Virus record (IMG/VR): IMGVR_UViG_3300026260_000002
Coordinates: 2,199-66,198 of that record
Length of the DNA stretch: 64,000 nt
Reading direction: 5' to 3' (one strand)
DNA from: a virus
Lineage: Duplodnaviria > Caudoviricetes
Shown: in pieces, positions 26,202 to 35,072 of the stretch
How positions within the stretch are numbered: the stretch's first letter is position 1
Layout: each line of letters opens with the position of its first letter
Position numbers and translations under genes: made by a program
Notes under the pieces: generated by a model
What the model was told of the DNA's origin: nothing
The model's database searches: none
The model's input: the letters and a program-made list of their open reading frames with translations, nothing else

Positions 26202-26705
26202 ATGGAAATGAGAAAATCTCTGCTTCCTATCGTTATGTTATTGATGACAACAAATGCCGCCCATGCAGGTGGTCTTGTTACTAAACATGCATCTAGTGTG
26301 CAATTGAATGTTGATGCAGCAATGTCTACCGTTTCCAGAGTAGGTAACAGTTACGCTATCTCGGGTAGTGGGATAAACACCACAGATGGCACTACTGCTA
26401 ACACTATATCTACTGGGACAATCACCAGTGGGATCGTATCTCCTGGCAATATTGCAGCGACCCAACACACAGCAGGCAATTCATTCAGCTATGCTCAGTC
26501 ATTTACTCAAGGTGATGCCATTTCAACAAGCGCACCAACTGTAGGCACGGTGGGTAACTTCTCCAGTCAGACTTCATATACTGCTGGTGCCAAAGACACC
26601 CTTGCAGGTACTGTCTTGACCAGTGGTGCCCTTACGGTGACGGCTGGTGGGGCTGGCACATCTGCGACGGGACAATTTGTGTCTGAAATCACTGTCATTG
26701 ACTGA
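26202..26705 (+). CDS. hypothetical secreted or structural protein
   Basis: signal-peptide-like N-terminus, Thr/Gly/Ser-rich; CTAAATA just upstream on +. Confidence 0.75.
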   Translation: MEMRKSLLPIVMLLMTTNAAHAGGLVTKHASSVQLNVDAAMSTVSRVGNSYAISGSGINTTDGTTANTISTGTITSGIVSPGNIAATQHTAGNSFSYAQSFTQGDAISTSAPTVGTVGNFSSQTSYTAGAKDTLAGTVLTSGALTVTAGGAGTSATGQFVSEITVID

Positions 26706-26713
26706 GAATAAAT

Positions 26714-27151
26714 ATGACTAGATTACAAGAAGCAATCGGTCTCGGATTAATTCTTGGTGCTTTACATGGGGCTGTTGCAAAGGCAGTCCCCGTAGTCCCA
26801 AATTTCACTCAGGGATCAATGACCAGCCACACAGAAACAACCAGTAAGGTAACTGAGACCATAAACAGTATGGACTACAACACGGGATATCAATATTCCG
26901 TTACTGGATCAGGAGTTACCGCTTCAGGTAACCTAAATCCTGGTACAGGATCAAACAATGTAACTATTGATGGAGTGACTTCTTCATGGACAACGCCGAC
27001 AAACAAACCGGCCTTTACTCAGACAATACCTGGCGCAGCGTTTCAGTTCACAGAAACACTAAGCGGACCAGGATTGACTCAGCAGACCATCATTCAAAGA
27101 GTGACAGACGTTACAAGCGTCAGCGATACAACAAGTATTTTTACTCAGTAA
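26714..27151 (+). CDS. hypothetical secreted or structural protein
   Basis: hydrophobic N-terminus, AVPVVPNFTQGSMTS. Confidence 0.75.
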   Translation: MTRLQEAIGLGLILGALHGAVAKAVPVVPNFTQGSMTSHTETTSKVTETINSMDYNTGYQYSVTGSGVTASGNLNPGTGSNNVTIDGVTSSWTTPTNKPAFTQTIPGAAFQFTETLSGPGLTQQTIIQRVTDVTSVSDTTSIFTQ

Positions 27152-27996
27152 TAGCACTTGCAGCGACAATATCTACCCCCTGTCAGGTTTTTGCTGAAAC
27201 TATTGGCGGTGTATCCGCTACTGCTAGCCCTATTGCTAATAGTTCTGGCTCTGTCACAAACCAAGCTATCCAAGTTTTACAAGGACCATACATTACCAAC
27301 ACCTACGGTAACGGTATCCAATGTCAAGGACCAACGTTAAACTTCACACCCTATGTGACAGGCACAGCATCAACATCTAAACCATATGAGCCATACTATC
27401 AGGATCCTGTGTATGACATGCGAGACATAAATGAAGATGGTGTATTAGACAATCCTGGTGACATTCTCTACCATGTCCCTACTAGGACTGGACAGAAAGA
27501 TAACTATAGTGTTGGTGTGGGGTTCTCTGCTACATGGTCTAAACCATTAGATAAGACACTACAGGACCAATGTAAACAAGCAGCTGCTGCTAACATCCAA
27601 ATGATGCAGCAACTAACTGCTAATAAGCGTCTCGACTTTGAGATCGCTAGACTAAAAAATTGTGGAAATTTATTGAAGGAAGGTATTCGCTTTGCACCTG
27701 GTACAAAGTATGCTTCTATCTGTGCAGATGTGCAGGTTGCTAATGTAAATATATTAAAGAATCACACTCACACTATTCCCGCCCCTTCAAAATCCGAATT
27801 GCCTTATTCCTCTGACGCTGCTGACCTTGGCGCTCCTTTGATGACTCAACCGGAGGAGTCTTCCCACGAATCGCAGCAATCTTCTTCATTACCTTCTTCA
27901 CAGTCGGCTTCACCGCTTTCAAAATTAGATCAGCAAGCGGTTTTGAAAGCAGTGCAGCAGTCGTTGCAACGACAGCAATCGATGCAGTCGCCGTAA
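26986..27996 (+). CDS. hypothetical protein, start codon unclear
   Basis: long ORF; signal-like segment near 27110-27195; CQG, C..QA, LKNCG..C motifs. Confidence 0.65.
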   Translation: MDNADKQTGLYSDNTWRSVSVHRNTKRTRIDSADHHSKSDRRYKRQRYNKYFYSVIALAATISTPCQVFAETIGGVSATASPIANSSGSVTNQAIQVLQGPYITNTYGNGIQCQGPTLNFTPYVTGTASTSKPYEPYYQDPVYDMRDINEDGVLDNPGDILYHVPTRTGQKDNYSVGVGFSATWSKPLDKTLQDQCKQAAAANIQMMQQLTANKRLDFEIARLKNCGNLLKEGIRFAPGTKYASICADVQVANVNILKNHTHTIPAPSKSELPYSSDAADLGAPLMTQPEESSHESQQSSSLPSSQSASPLSKLDQQAVLKAVQQSLQRQQSMQSP

Positions 27997-28552
27997 CAGC
28001 ACCAGCACTAGGGAGATTACCTACAACCTGATCAGGAATGGATAGTTTATCTGTTACCTGAATACATTCCTTACCAACCAGTTGATACCCAGTGACCTTC
28101 TTGTCACCCTTGATGTGTCCAACTGGTTCTTTTAATGCTTGCGCTTGTGTAGGACAGTCCACCTTAGCGGTGCTTACACTCGTGTCCTTAGGGATCTCTG
28201 GTGTGTCATGATCTGGTTGCTCTTTAGGAGATATAGGTGGGACTGGAGTGTCATACTCAAAGTCCATCTTATTAGTATCGTAGTCAAGAGGATTGAAGTT
28301 TGGCATACCAGCATCGCAGTATGTTACCACTCCATTCTCATCATCTACACCGACAGTATTAGAATTATTATTTGATTCGTGTGCCTCTACACATCCAGGC
28401 ACATCTACAATAGGTACACCTACCTGCTCCGTGATAGGGACGCTAGGTGGGATTGCCGTTGGAGGATTTACAATCCAATCACGAACTTCGGGAATACGAA
28501 GATTCCCGATGTTTATATCATTTAATTGGATATCCCTGATTTCCATTAACAA
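27773..28552 (-). CDS. hypothetical membrane-anchored protein
   Basis: Pro-rich, paired Cys, C-terminal hydrophobic and basic tail. Confidence 0.7.
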   Translation of the reverse strand: MLMEIRDIQLNDINIGNLRIPEVRDWIVNPPTAIPPSVPITEQVGVPIVDVPGCVEAHESNNNSNTVGVDDENGVVTYCDAGMPNFNPLDYDTNKMDFEYDTPVPPISPKEQPDHDTPEIPKDTSVSTAKVDCPTQAQALKEPVGHIKGDKKVTGYQLVGKECIQVTDKLSIPDQVVGNLPSAGAVTATASIAVVATTAALLSKPLADLILKAVKPTVKKVMKKIAAIRGKTPPVESSKERQGQQRQRNKAIRILKGRE

Positions 28553-29130
28553 TCATTAAATACTGTCCCAACTTGAGACCCTAGCTCAGACCCTGCTTTC
28601 TGTCCTAGAAGCAGTGCCCAACCACCTGCTAACCATCCAACATAGGGGATGCTAGAAACAGCAGGGACGATGATGCCAGCACTAATTGCTGTGCCTGCCA
28701 TTGCACCTTGAGACCGTGCGCCAGCGTCCGCCGCTATGCACTCGGCGCTTACACCCCCGATCTTTCCCGATTCACCTATTTCACCTCCCATATTTCGGGT
28801 GCCTTCCATAGTGAATTGATCACTACGATGCTCTGATCTAACTTCATTTCTGTTACCACCAAAGAAACCACTACTAGATTTGTCTAAATCTAATGATCTT
28901 TGTGACTCAAGAATAGCAGGATCATTTGCCTTGTATTCAATAGTGTATCCATCCTTACCTGCCTCAATTTTATATGAAGAGTATGGAGTGCCTCGTGGAA
29001 TATTAATGGTAGGGACCTGAGTTACCTTAGGTTGCTCCGGCCTATGGATTACATAACCAAGTAAACCTATATGTGCGACAGCGAATAGACCGCCAACCGC
29101 ACCTGCTGCTATCTTTAGTTTATTATTCAT
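28546..29130 (-). CDS. hypothetical membrane protein with glycine-zipper-like tail
   Basis: N-terminal TM; GAMAGTAISAG...GWLAGGW..LGQKAGSELG. Confidence 0.75.
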   Translation of the reverse strand: MNNKLKIAAGAVGGLFAVAHIGLLGYVIHRPEQPKVTQVPTINIPRGTPYSSYKIEAGKDGYTIEYKANDPAILESQRSLDLDKSSSGFFGGNRNEVRSEHRSDQFTMEGTRNMGGEIGESGKIGGVSAECIAADAGARSQGAMAGTAISAGIIVPAVSSIPYVGWLAGGWALLLGQKAGSELGSQVGTVFNDC

Positions 29131-29375
29131 GGCAGACCTGGTAGTCTACCAGCTGGTATAGATGCACCTCCAGTTGCCTTAGGCAACTCTGGCATGGATC
29201 CTTCTACAAGACTAGGTAGACCAGAAGCGATTGCTTCTGTTGCTGCTGCAGCAACCTTGCCCATTAGTTGTGCGGCAATTGCATCTTTCTGTACATACAA
29301 ATAGGTGCCACCACCAACGATGGATGCAGTCCCAAGAAACGAAAGGACTGCCATAGCATTAATTAACTTTTGCAT
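29127..29375 (-). CDS. hypothetical membrane protein
   Basis: MQKLINAMAVLSFLG..., Pro-rich tail. Confidence 0.7.
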   Translation of the reverse strand: MQKLINAMAVLSFLGTASIVGGGTYLYVQKDAIAAQLMGKVAAAATEAIASGLPSLVEGSMPELPKATGGASIPAGRLPGLP

Positions 29376-29661
29376 TGTTGTTTTCCTCGTGTTTACCGAT
29401 TGACGGGGCTTTCTTTGGAGCACTACCACCACTCTTCGCTGGACTAAGGCCAAAGGCAGCGAGCGATCCGCTGAAGACCGAAGCTATGAAGGTAGGATCG
29501 AAATCTAAGATTTTTTGTCCGTTAGGAAGTCGGACGTAGCTAAATGTGAGTAGGGATGCGGACCAAATAAGGACCGTAACTTTCACCAAATTACCAAGTA
29601 CTTCACTCTTATCTTCATTATTATCCTTCTCACCATCAGCAGAGTCAAATGTATCTGCCAT
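29359..29661 (-). CDS. hypothetical two-TM protein
   Basis: LVKVTVLIWSASLLTF, DPTFIASVFSGSLAAFG. Confidence 0.7.
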   Translation of the reverse strand: MADTFDSADGEKDNNEDKSEVLGNLVKVTVLIWSASLLTFSYVRLPNGQKILDFDPTFIASVFSGSLAAFGLSPAKSGGSAPKKAPSIGKHEENNNAKVN

Positions 29662-29667
29662 GTTGAG

Positions 29668-30090
29668 TTATACCTCTGTGGGTTGTTTTTTCTTTCCAAT
29701 ATTATATTTAGACTCTAAAGTCCATTCACCTTTATCCTTAAAGGACAAAACTTTAATTTGGTTAAGGGGAGCAAGGTTTAATCCCTCTTCCTCGCGAGCA
29801 ATGTCAATCAGACCCCAGTCCGACAACAGTTTTGCAATGCGATTTCTACGCTCGATATCATTCGTAGTGATGTTTGTTGGTTTACCATCCAACGCAAACA
29901 ACTCTTTAAAGTGTACGACGTAATACTTACCACGTTTGTGGAGAATGTGACAAGACTGATACAATTTGCGCTCTTTCCTAGACGCAACACCAATACGGGT
30001 GAGGGTTTCTCTTACCTTGAGAAAATCGTCGGGTTCTTTAAGCGTCACTTCCAACATCATGTCTTGAGACCATTGGATCTCATCGCTCAT
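29668..30090 (-). CDS. regA: translational repressor RegA
   Basis: FLKVRETLTRIGVAS, QSCHILHKRGKYY.VHFKELF. Confidence 0.95.
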   Translation of the reverse strand: MSDEIQWSQDMMLEVTLKEPDDFLKVRETLTRIGVASRKERKLYQSCHILHKRGKYYVVHFKELFALDGKPTNITTNDIERRNRIAKLLSDWGLIDIAREEEGLNLAPLNQIKVLSFKDKGEWTLESKYNIGKKKQPTEV

Positions 30091-30479
30091 TTCTTACCTC
30101 CAGTATTCAATTTAGATGCAATAATTTGTAATTGGTCCTGGGTTAGAATCTTTAACGCCGCTTGTGCTTTCTCAGTGTTATAACCATAGTATCGTTTAAC
30201 TAGGTCAAGATCACCGTCCTTTATCTTCTTGTCCCATGGGGAGAATCTCTTGGATTTCCTAACACTATATAGGTAATAGGAATATTGTAAGTCGCTGTCT
30301 AAATTTTGACATGCATTCATCTCATTAGCGTGCATCAACGTATCAACGTGATGCATCATACACTTGTTGATAACAAATGCTGGATACTTTTTCATGGCAA
30401 CAGGATCCTCTGAGAGATCCCCTTGCTTTAGATTGATACTGTTGAGATAATCTTTGAGAGGAATGTCATACTGTTTCAT
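30087..30479 (-). CDS. gp62: clamp loader small subunit
   Basis: KYPAFVINK, ANEMN, LVKRYYGYNTEKA. Confidence 0.9.
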   Translation of the reverse strand: MKQYDIPLKDYLNSINLKQGDLSEDPVAMKKYPAFVINKCMMHHVDTLMHANEMNACQNLDSDLQYSYYLYSVRKSKRFSPWDKKIKDGDLDLVKRYYGYNTEKAQAALKILTQDQLQIIASKLNTGGKK

Positions 30480-31314
30480 AAAGAGATGCCAGAGGAGTGG
30501 ATTCGGTGAAGTTAGTAACTAACAATTCGGTCTTGAGTTTATTATCTACTCTGTGCTTCATACCATAGGTGATACGAAACTCTTCTTGATTGAAGTCCTT
30601 GTATGCTTCTTTCAACTCATCATCAACGTTGTATGTAACCAACCAGTTGTGAGGACATACCTTACAGTCTTCTACAAACTTAATGTGATTAAAATTCTTA
30701 TGCATCTCTGCGTTAGTGCCGTAGAGATATGTGTTGATCTTGTAGGGAGGATCTAGGAAAATGAATACATCTTTACTATTCACCATCTCCCGATTCATTA
30801 CAAACTCATAGTCGTGGTTGCTAATGTGCCAGTGCTGAATAATCTCAGAGATATTCTTCAGGTGATGAGCACCACGGGTGGTGAAGTTTTGATTAGATGC
30901 AGTCTTAGAGAAGGAAGAGTTTTCAGTCAACCCGCTATAACTACACTTATTAAGAATCCAAAAGAGCACAGCTTGGCGAAATTGATCTGCGTTGGATATC
31001 TCTGTTTTAGCAGATATGAATAACTCCTTCGCTTTTTCTTCTGTACTGTTTTCGACTTTGATATTATAGAGAGTATCCGATAACTCATCGCCACGCTCTT
31101 GGAGCATCTTCCAAAAACTGTAGAGGTATTCATACTTATCATTAATCCATACAGGAATGTCAGGATACTTCTGGGAGAATAGCAGTGCCACACTCCCACC
31201 ACCCACGAAGGGCTCACGGAATTCTTTGATCTCACTTGGGAATTTCTCAAGCAACATCTTTGCTACCCTTGATTTACCACCAGGATATCTGAGGGGTGTT
31301 TTATAATACTTCAT
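30466..31314 (-). CDS. dam: DNA adenine methyltransferase (Dam-like)
   Basis: LRYPGGKS, EPFVGGGS, FLDPPY. Confidence 0.9.
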   Translation of the reverse strand: MKYYKTPLRYPGGKSRVAKMLLEKFPSEIKEFREPFVGGGSVALLFSQKYPDIPVWINDKYEYLYSFWKMLQERGDELSDTLYNIKVENSTEEKAKELFISAKTEISNADQFRQAVLFWILNKCSYSGLTENSSFSKTASNQNFTTRGAHHLKNISEIIQHWHISNHDYEFVMNREMVNSKDVFIFLDPPYKINTYLYGTNAEMHKNFNHIKFVEDCKVCPHNWLVTYNVDDELKEAYKDFNQEEFRITYGMKHRVDNKLKTELLVTNFTESTPLASLYETV

Positions 31315-31955
31315 TGTATAGAGACGTGTAGTTGTGGCATTTCAAATGGACCAACATTCACCTTACCACATGGGAATACGTTGAGTGCGATAGTCCAACG
31401 GTCATAATCATCTAGTTGACGACCTGAGTAGTGTCGCAACCAGGAGGGAAAGATGAGCAGTTTATTCTCCTCGGCATCAACCTTTTCATTGATGCCCCAT
31501 TCACTCTCCATCTTATCATATTGGAAGACATCTAGTGTGTCATATGTGCGAGGTGTAACAGGATCGTCAAAGAAGGTAGGAGCACCAGGAGTGAGGTAGT
31601 AGACAGCACTTATATAAGACATTGGATGCCTGTGTAAAGGGTGTCCAAACCCACTCCCAGCAGGTGCATAGTTAAACCACATAGAGGAGATCTCTAGGGC
31701 ATCACAGTAGAGTTTGTAGGCATACCTATACTCTGCTAGACAGTCCCAGAAAAATTGCCTCAACTCTGTGATAGGACCCTCTTCTACCTTATGGAGATCA
31801 GGACGTGAAGTGATGACACCTTCAGGAAAGTTAGACTGCTGAGAAGGATACCCATCCAGCGAGTCAATCACACGTTGATTGAGAGTCTTATCAGGTTGTT
31901 GATATGTCCTGCATACAACAGGAAACAAATGTAATTCAGTCCCTTGCATATTCAT
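31311..31955 (-). CDS. 2OG-Fe(II) oxygenase (TIGR02466-like)
   Basis: HPLHRHPMSYISAVYY, FPSWLRH, RWTIALN. Confidence 0.85.
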   Translation of the reverse strand: MNMQGTELHLFPVVCRTYQQPDKTLNQRVIDSLDGYPSQQSNFPEGVITSRPDLHKVEEGPITELRQFFWDCLAEYRYAYKLYCDALEISSMWFNYAPAGSGFGHPLHRHPMSYISAVYYLTPGAPTFFDDPVTPRTYDTLDVFQYDKMESEWGINEKVDAEENKLLIFPSWLRHYSGRQLDDYDRWTIALNVFPCGKVNVGPFEMPQLHVSIQ

Positions 31956-32598
31956 CTAAATTCAATGGACCAAGATCCTTCCATCCTTCAGTCTTAACTC
32001 TGGCCATGGGTAAACCATGCCCACCTAGATTGATGTCACCTGAGGGGAATGTATTAAATGCCATAGTGTATCTATCAACATCTTCTGTATTGGGAGCAGT
32101 TGCATGTATAATCCAACTAGGAAATAGTAGCAGACCACCAGCACCACCATGATATGCCAACTCAGTGTTGACTCTACCATCCAAGTAAAAGGATCCCCAC
32201 TCCCTCTGGAAGAGAGGGTCAATGAATATCGTAGGAGCACCAGGTGTGAGGTAAAGGATACCACTGTAGTATGACATAGGATGCCTGTGAGCGTCGTGGT
32301 GGTGACCAGACCCTGCTGCAGACTTGTTTACCCATGACTTATTAACTACCAACCTATCACAGTTAAGACCCGTATCAACGTGCATTGTGTCAATACACTC
32401 TTGAAACCATGACATGAGTGGAGCGAAACTTTCCTTCTGCTGAACGTCAGAAGAAGTAAGGACACCTGTAGGTTCGTTAAACGATCGATACTCTAGACCT
32501 TTTACAATACCTAGAGTAGTGTCCAGAAGAGATTTATCACAACTAAAACTATAACACTGGACGGGAAAGAAGTTTAGTGGTTGGTAATTTTGTCTCAC
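31936..32598 (-). CDS. 2OG-Fe(II) oxygenase (TIGR02466-like)
   Basis: HDAHRHPMSYYSGILY, FPSWIIH, RYTMAFN. Confidence 0.85.
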   Translation of the reverse strand: MRQNYQPLNFFPVQCYSFSCDKSLLDTTLGIVKGLEYRSFNEPTGVLTSSDVQQKESFAPLMSWFQECIDTMHVDTGLNCDRLVVNKSWVNKSAAGSGHHHDAHRHPMSYYSGILYLTPGAPTIFIDPLFQREWGSFYLDGRVNTELAYHGGAGGLLLFPSWIIHATAPNTEDVDRYTMAFNTFPSGDINLGGHGLPMARVKTEGWKDLGPLNLDEYARD

Positions 32599-32798
32599 AT
32601 GTAACCCTCGTATGAATTGGGTTTGACTTGTAGCATTACAGCGTTAACCTTATTTATTAGATCTTCCATAGAGTAATGCAACATTCGGTATCCGCTGCCA
32701 ACATAGAGTTGACCTGCGAGTACTGAGATAGTAGCAACTCCCCAGAAGATATAATAAAATCTAGATTTAACCTGTGCTCTCTTCTTCTGATTGGTCAT
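32595..32798 (-). CDS. hypothetical membrane protein
   Basis: basic N-terminus followed by a TM segment. Confidence 0.65.
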   Translation of the reverse strand: MTNQKKRAQVKSRFYYIFWGVATISVLAGQLYVGSGYRMLHYSMEDLINKVNAVMLQVKPNSYEGYM

Positions 32799-33088
32799 AA
32801 CACCAGTCTTTTATTACTAGGAGTTTCAATGATACTAAACATTTGCTCAAACTGTTTGACCACTGCCTCTTGAGTGTCAAGAGGACCAAAGACAATGTAG
32901 TCTTTGGGGACAGTCACAGGTGCGTCACGTCCATTCAGAAGTGGTGCCCAAGGAGCAAACCCCAGTCTACCTTCTCCACTAGGGATAGCGACAATAGGGT
33001 TACAGAAAGTGACACTATCTTCAGTGTCTTCGATCAGGTCTGCAACGACATCTTCGCCAGACCGCATACGGAATAGTTTTACATTCAT
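32795..33088 (-). CDS. hypothetical protein (Sm-like family candidate)
   Basis: VKLFRMRSGEDVVADL, FAPW. Confidence 0.75.
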   Translation of the reverse strand: MNVKLFRMRSGEDVVADLIEDTEDSVTFCNPIVAIPSGEGRLGFAPWAPLLNGRDAPVTVPKDYIVFGPLDTQEAVVKQFEQMFSIIETPSNKRLVL

Positions 33089-34032
33089 TTGAATTCACAT
33101 CTCATCATTAATTCGGTTAGGAATGCCACCATGTTGATCTCTTGGTCAACAACGAAAGCAGACTTATACTGATACTCAGAGATGACCAGCACTGCTTCAG
33201 GAATTGACTTTGGTTGGACATGGTTGTAGAGGTTGTCGTAGATCTTTCTCATAATAGAAATAGGCTCGTTGTCCATATTCTGAGTCACCCACTTCTTCAT
33301 GTTGGTAAACTCTTTGTTACGAATATATCCTACGAGGTTGGTAATGTTGATGTCATTGGAGACACCAAGGATACCTGTATCAATCTTCCCCGAAGAAGAA
33401 TACCGTTGCAACTCATTGAGTGTGCGACGGAAGTCAGGGAAATGTTTCTGGACCACCTCAGCGACAACCTTTGGCTCATAGTTGACGCCTTCACTATCTA
33501 GGATAGTTTTAACACGGTTGAAGAATGCCCCTGCTAGTGCTTGCTTATCCTTACCCTTAAGTGCAAAGTCAATAACAGAGCACCGTGAGTGTAGAGGAGA
33601 GATAATCTTATTCTTGTAATTACAAGTAAAGATAAATCTACAATTCTTTTGAAACTCCTCAATGCAAGCACGGAGAAGCATCTGCACATCAGGTGTGGTG
33701 TTATCTGCCTCATCAATAATGATGACCTTATGCTTAGCAGTGGAGGTCAAAGAGACTGTAGAGGCATACACCTTTGCCTGGTTACGTACGGTATCGAGGA
33801 AACGACCTTCGTCAGATCCGTTGATAACCAGACAATCGGCACCTAACTCCTTACACAGTGCCTTGGCGATAGTAGTTTTACCAACACCAGCAGACCCTGA
33901 GAGTAAGAGATTAGGGATCTCACCTTGATCCAGGAAACCTTGAAAGATTTCCTTAGTGCTTCCTGGTAGAATGCACTCCTCAATAGTCTGAGGACGATAC
34001 TTTTCTACCCAGAGAAACAATTTATCATTCAT
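33085..34032 (-). CDS. gp44: clamp loader large subunit
   Basis: WVEKYRP, GSAGVGKTT, IIDEAD, LHSRC. Confidence 0.97.
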   Translation of the reverse strand: MNDKLFLWVEKYRPQTIEECILPGSTKEIFQGFLDQGEIPNLLLSGSAGVGKTTIAKALCKELGADCLVINGSDEGRFLDTVRNQAKVYASTVSLTSTAKHKVIIIDEADNTTPDVQMLLRACIEEFQKNCRFIFTCNYKNKIISPLHSRCSVIDFALKGKDKQALAGAFFNRVKTILDSEGVNYEPKVVAEVVQKHFPDFRRTLNELQRYSSSGKIDTGILGVSNDINITNLVGYIRNKEFTNMKKWVTQNMDNEPISIMRKIYDNLYNHVQPKSIPEAVLVISEYQYKSAFVVDQEINMVAFLTELMMRCEFK

Positions 34033-34034
34033 AA

Positions 34035-34751
34035 TCAGGGCTCAAGAGCAATAAAATAGTTGAGGGAGGAGTTGGAGAGACTAGAGAAGTTAGCGATGTT
34101 ACGTCGTGAGAGCGTTACATGATAACTACCAGTCATCATTTTCAGATTCTCAACCTTGAAACAATAACAGAATGTCATACGCTCAACTGTCATATTCTGC
34201 GGGTCATTAAAGGTTGGTTTCTTCAGTGGCAGGGAGAAGACATTAGACGTGTCATTCTTCTTGTCTTTCACACAGATACTATACTCACCTTCAAACCCAT
34301 AGATGCAGAGATCTTCCACACCATAGACCTTAGATGCCTGCATGAGTTGATCCAGATCCTGCTGTGGCAGGTCAAAGAACAATTCCGGGTCAGGGAGATC
34401 AGGGTTAAACTCAGGGACCCTACCGATGATCTCGGGGTCACTGTAGTAGAAGGTGGTCTTGCCCTTGGTGTCCTCGTCGTAGATCACAACCTTCTTGTTA
34501 TCAGGGAAGAAGAGAATGGGGGTCTTGAAGAGTGACAGAGCACCGAGGAAGAGAGGCAGATCATAAATTGCCATCTGCTCAGGGATTCCCTCACGGATAT
34601 CGCTTGCAGCGATGATATTCTTATTGACTGACATCGTTTCTATAAACTTACCAGGATCAATAAGAATAGACTTATTAATAGCACTGAAGTTGCGAAGCAC
34701 CTCAATGGTTTGCTTGCTCAGTTTAACTGTTTGTCTTGCTTCAGGTTGCAT
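34035..34751 (-). CDS. gp45: sliding clamp
   Basis: LRNFSAINKSI, IYDL..FL, FKVENLKM, YFIALE. Confidence 0.93.
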   Translation of the reverse strand: MQPEARQTVKLSKQTIEVLRNFSAINKSILIDPGKFIETMSVNKNIIAASDIREGIPEQMAIYDLPLFLGALSLFKTPILFFPDNKKVVIYDEDTKGKTTFYYSDPEIIGRVPEFNPDLPDPELFFDLPQQDLDQLMQASKVYGVEDLCIYGFEGEYSICVKDKKNDTSNVFSLPLKKPTFNDPQNMTVERMTFCYCFKVENLKMMTGSYHVTLSRRNIANFSSLSNSSLNYFIALEP

Positions 34752-34753
34752 AA

Positions 34754-35044
34754 TTACTGGGGGTAAGTTTCGAGTGTTGCCGACTGGTCACTGAAGTGAA
34801 TCAGTAACACAGCATAGTGTAGCACCTTCATGAGATCACGTCTAGCGGTGCCTTTCTTGTCATAGCGAGAGGCATACTTCAGGATGTTGCTCCTACAGAA
34901 TGCCTCAGCGTCACCACAAGCATTGATGAGATCAAGGGTCTGGATACCTTCACCGTTACCACTGGAATAGTGCTGCTGGTAGGTAGCGCAGATGTAGTCT
35001 TTCAACTCCTTGATAATCTCATCTTCGTTATACTTGTTTGCCAT
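34754..35044 (-). CDS. conserved hypothetical (DUF3310-like)
   Basis: HYS...FCRSNILKYASRYDKKG...DLMK. Confidence 0.7.
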   Translation of the reverse strand: MANKYNEDEIIKELKDYICATYQQHYSSGNGEGIQTLDLINACGDAEAFCRSNILKYASRYDKKGTARRDLMKVLHYAVLLIHFSDQSATLETYPQ

Positions 35045-35072
35045 AATAAACAGAGATTATCTATAAAGGATA

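Noticed and set aside
27780-27996. Ser/Gln-rich tail of ORF 26986-27996 as a functional domain
   Set aside because: It lies entirely opposite the 3' end of ORF 27773-28552 and looks like read-through of the antisense frame.
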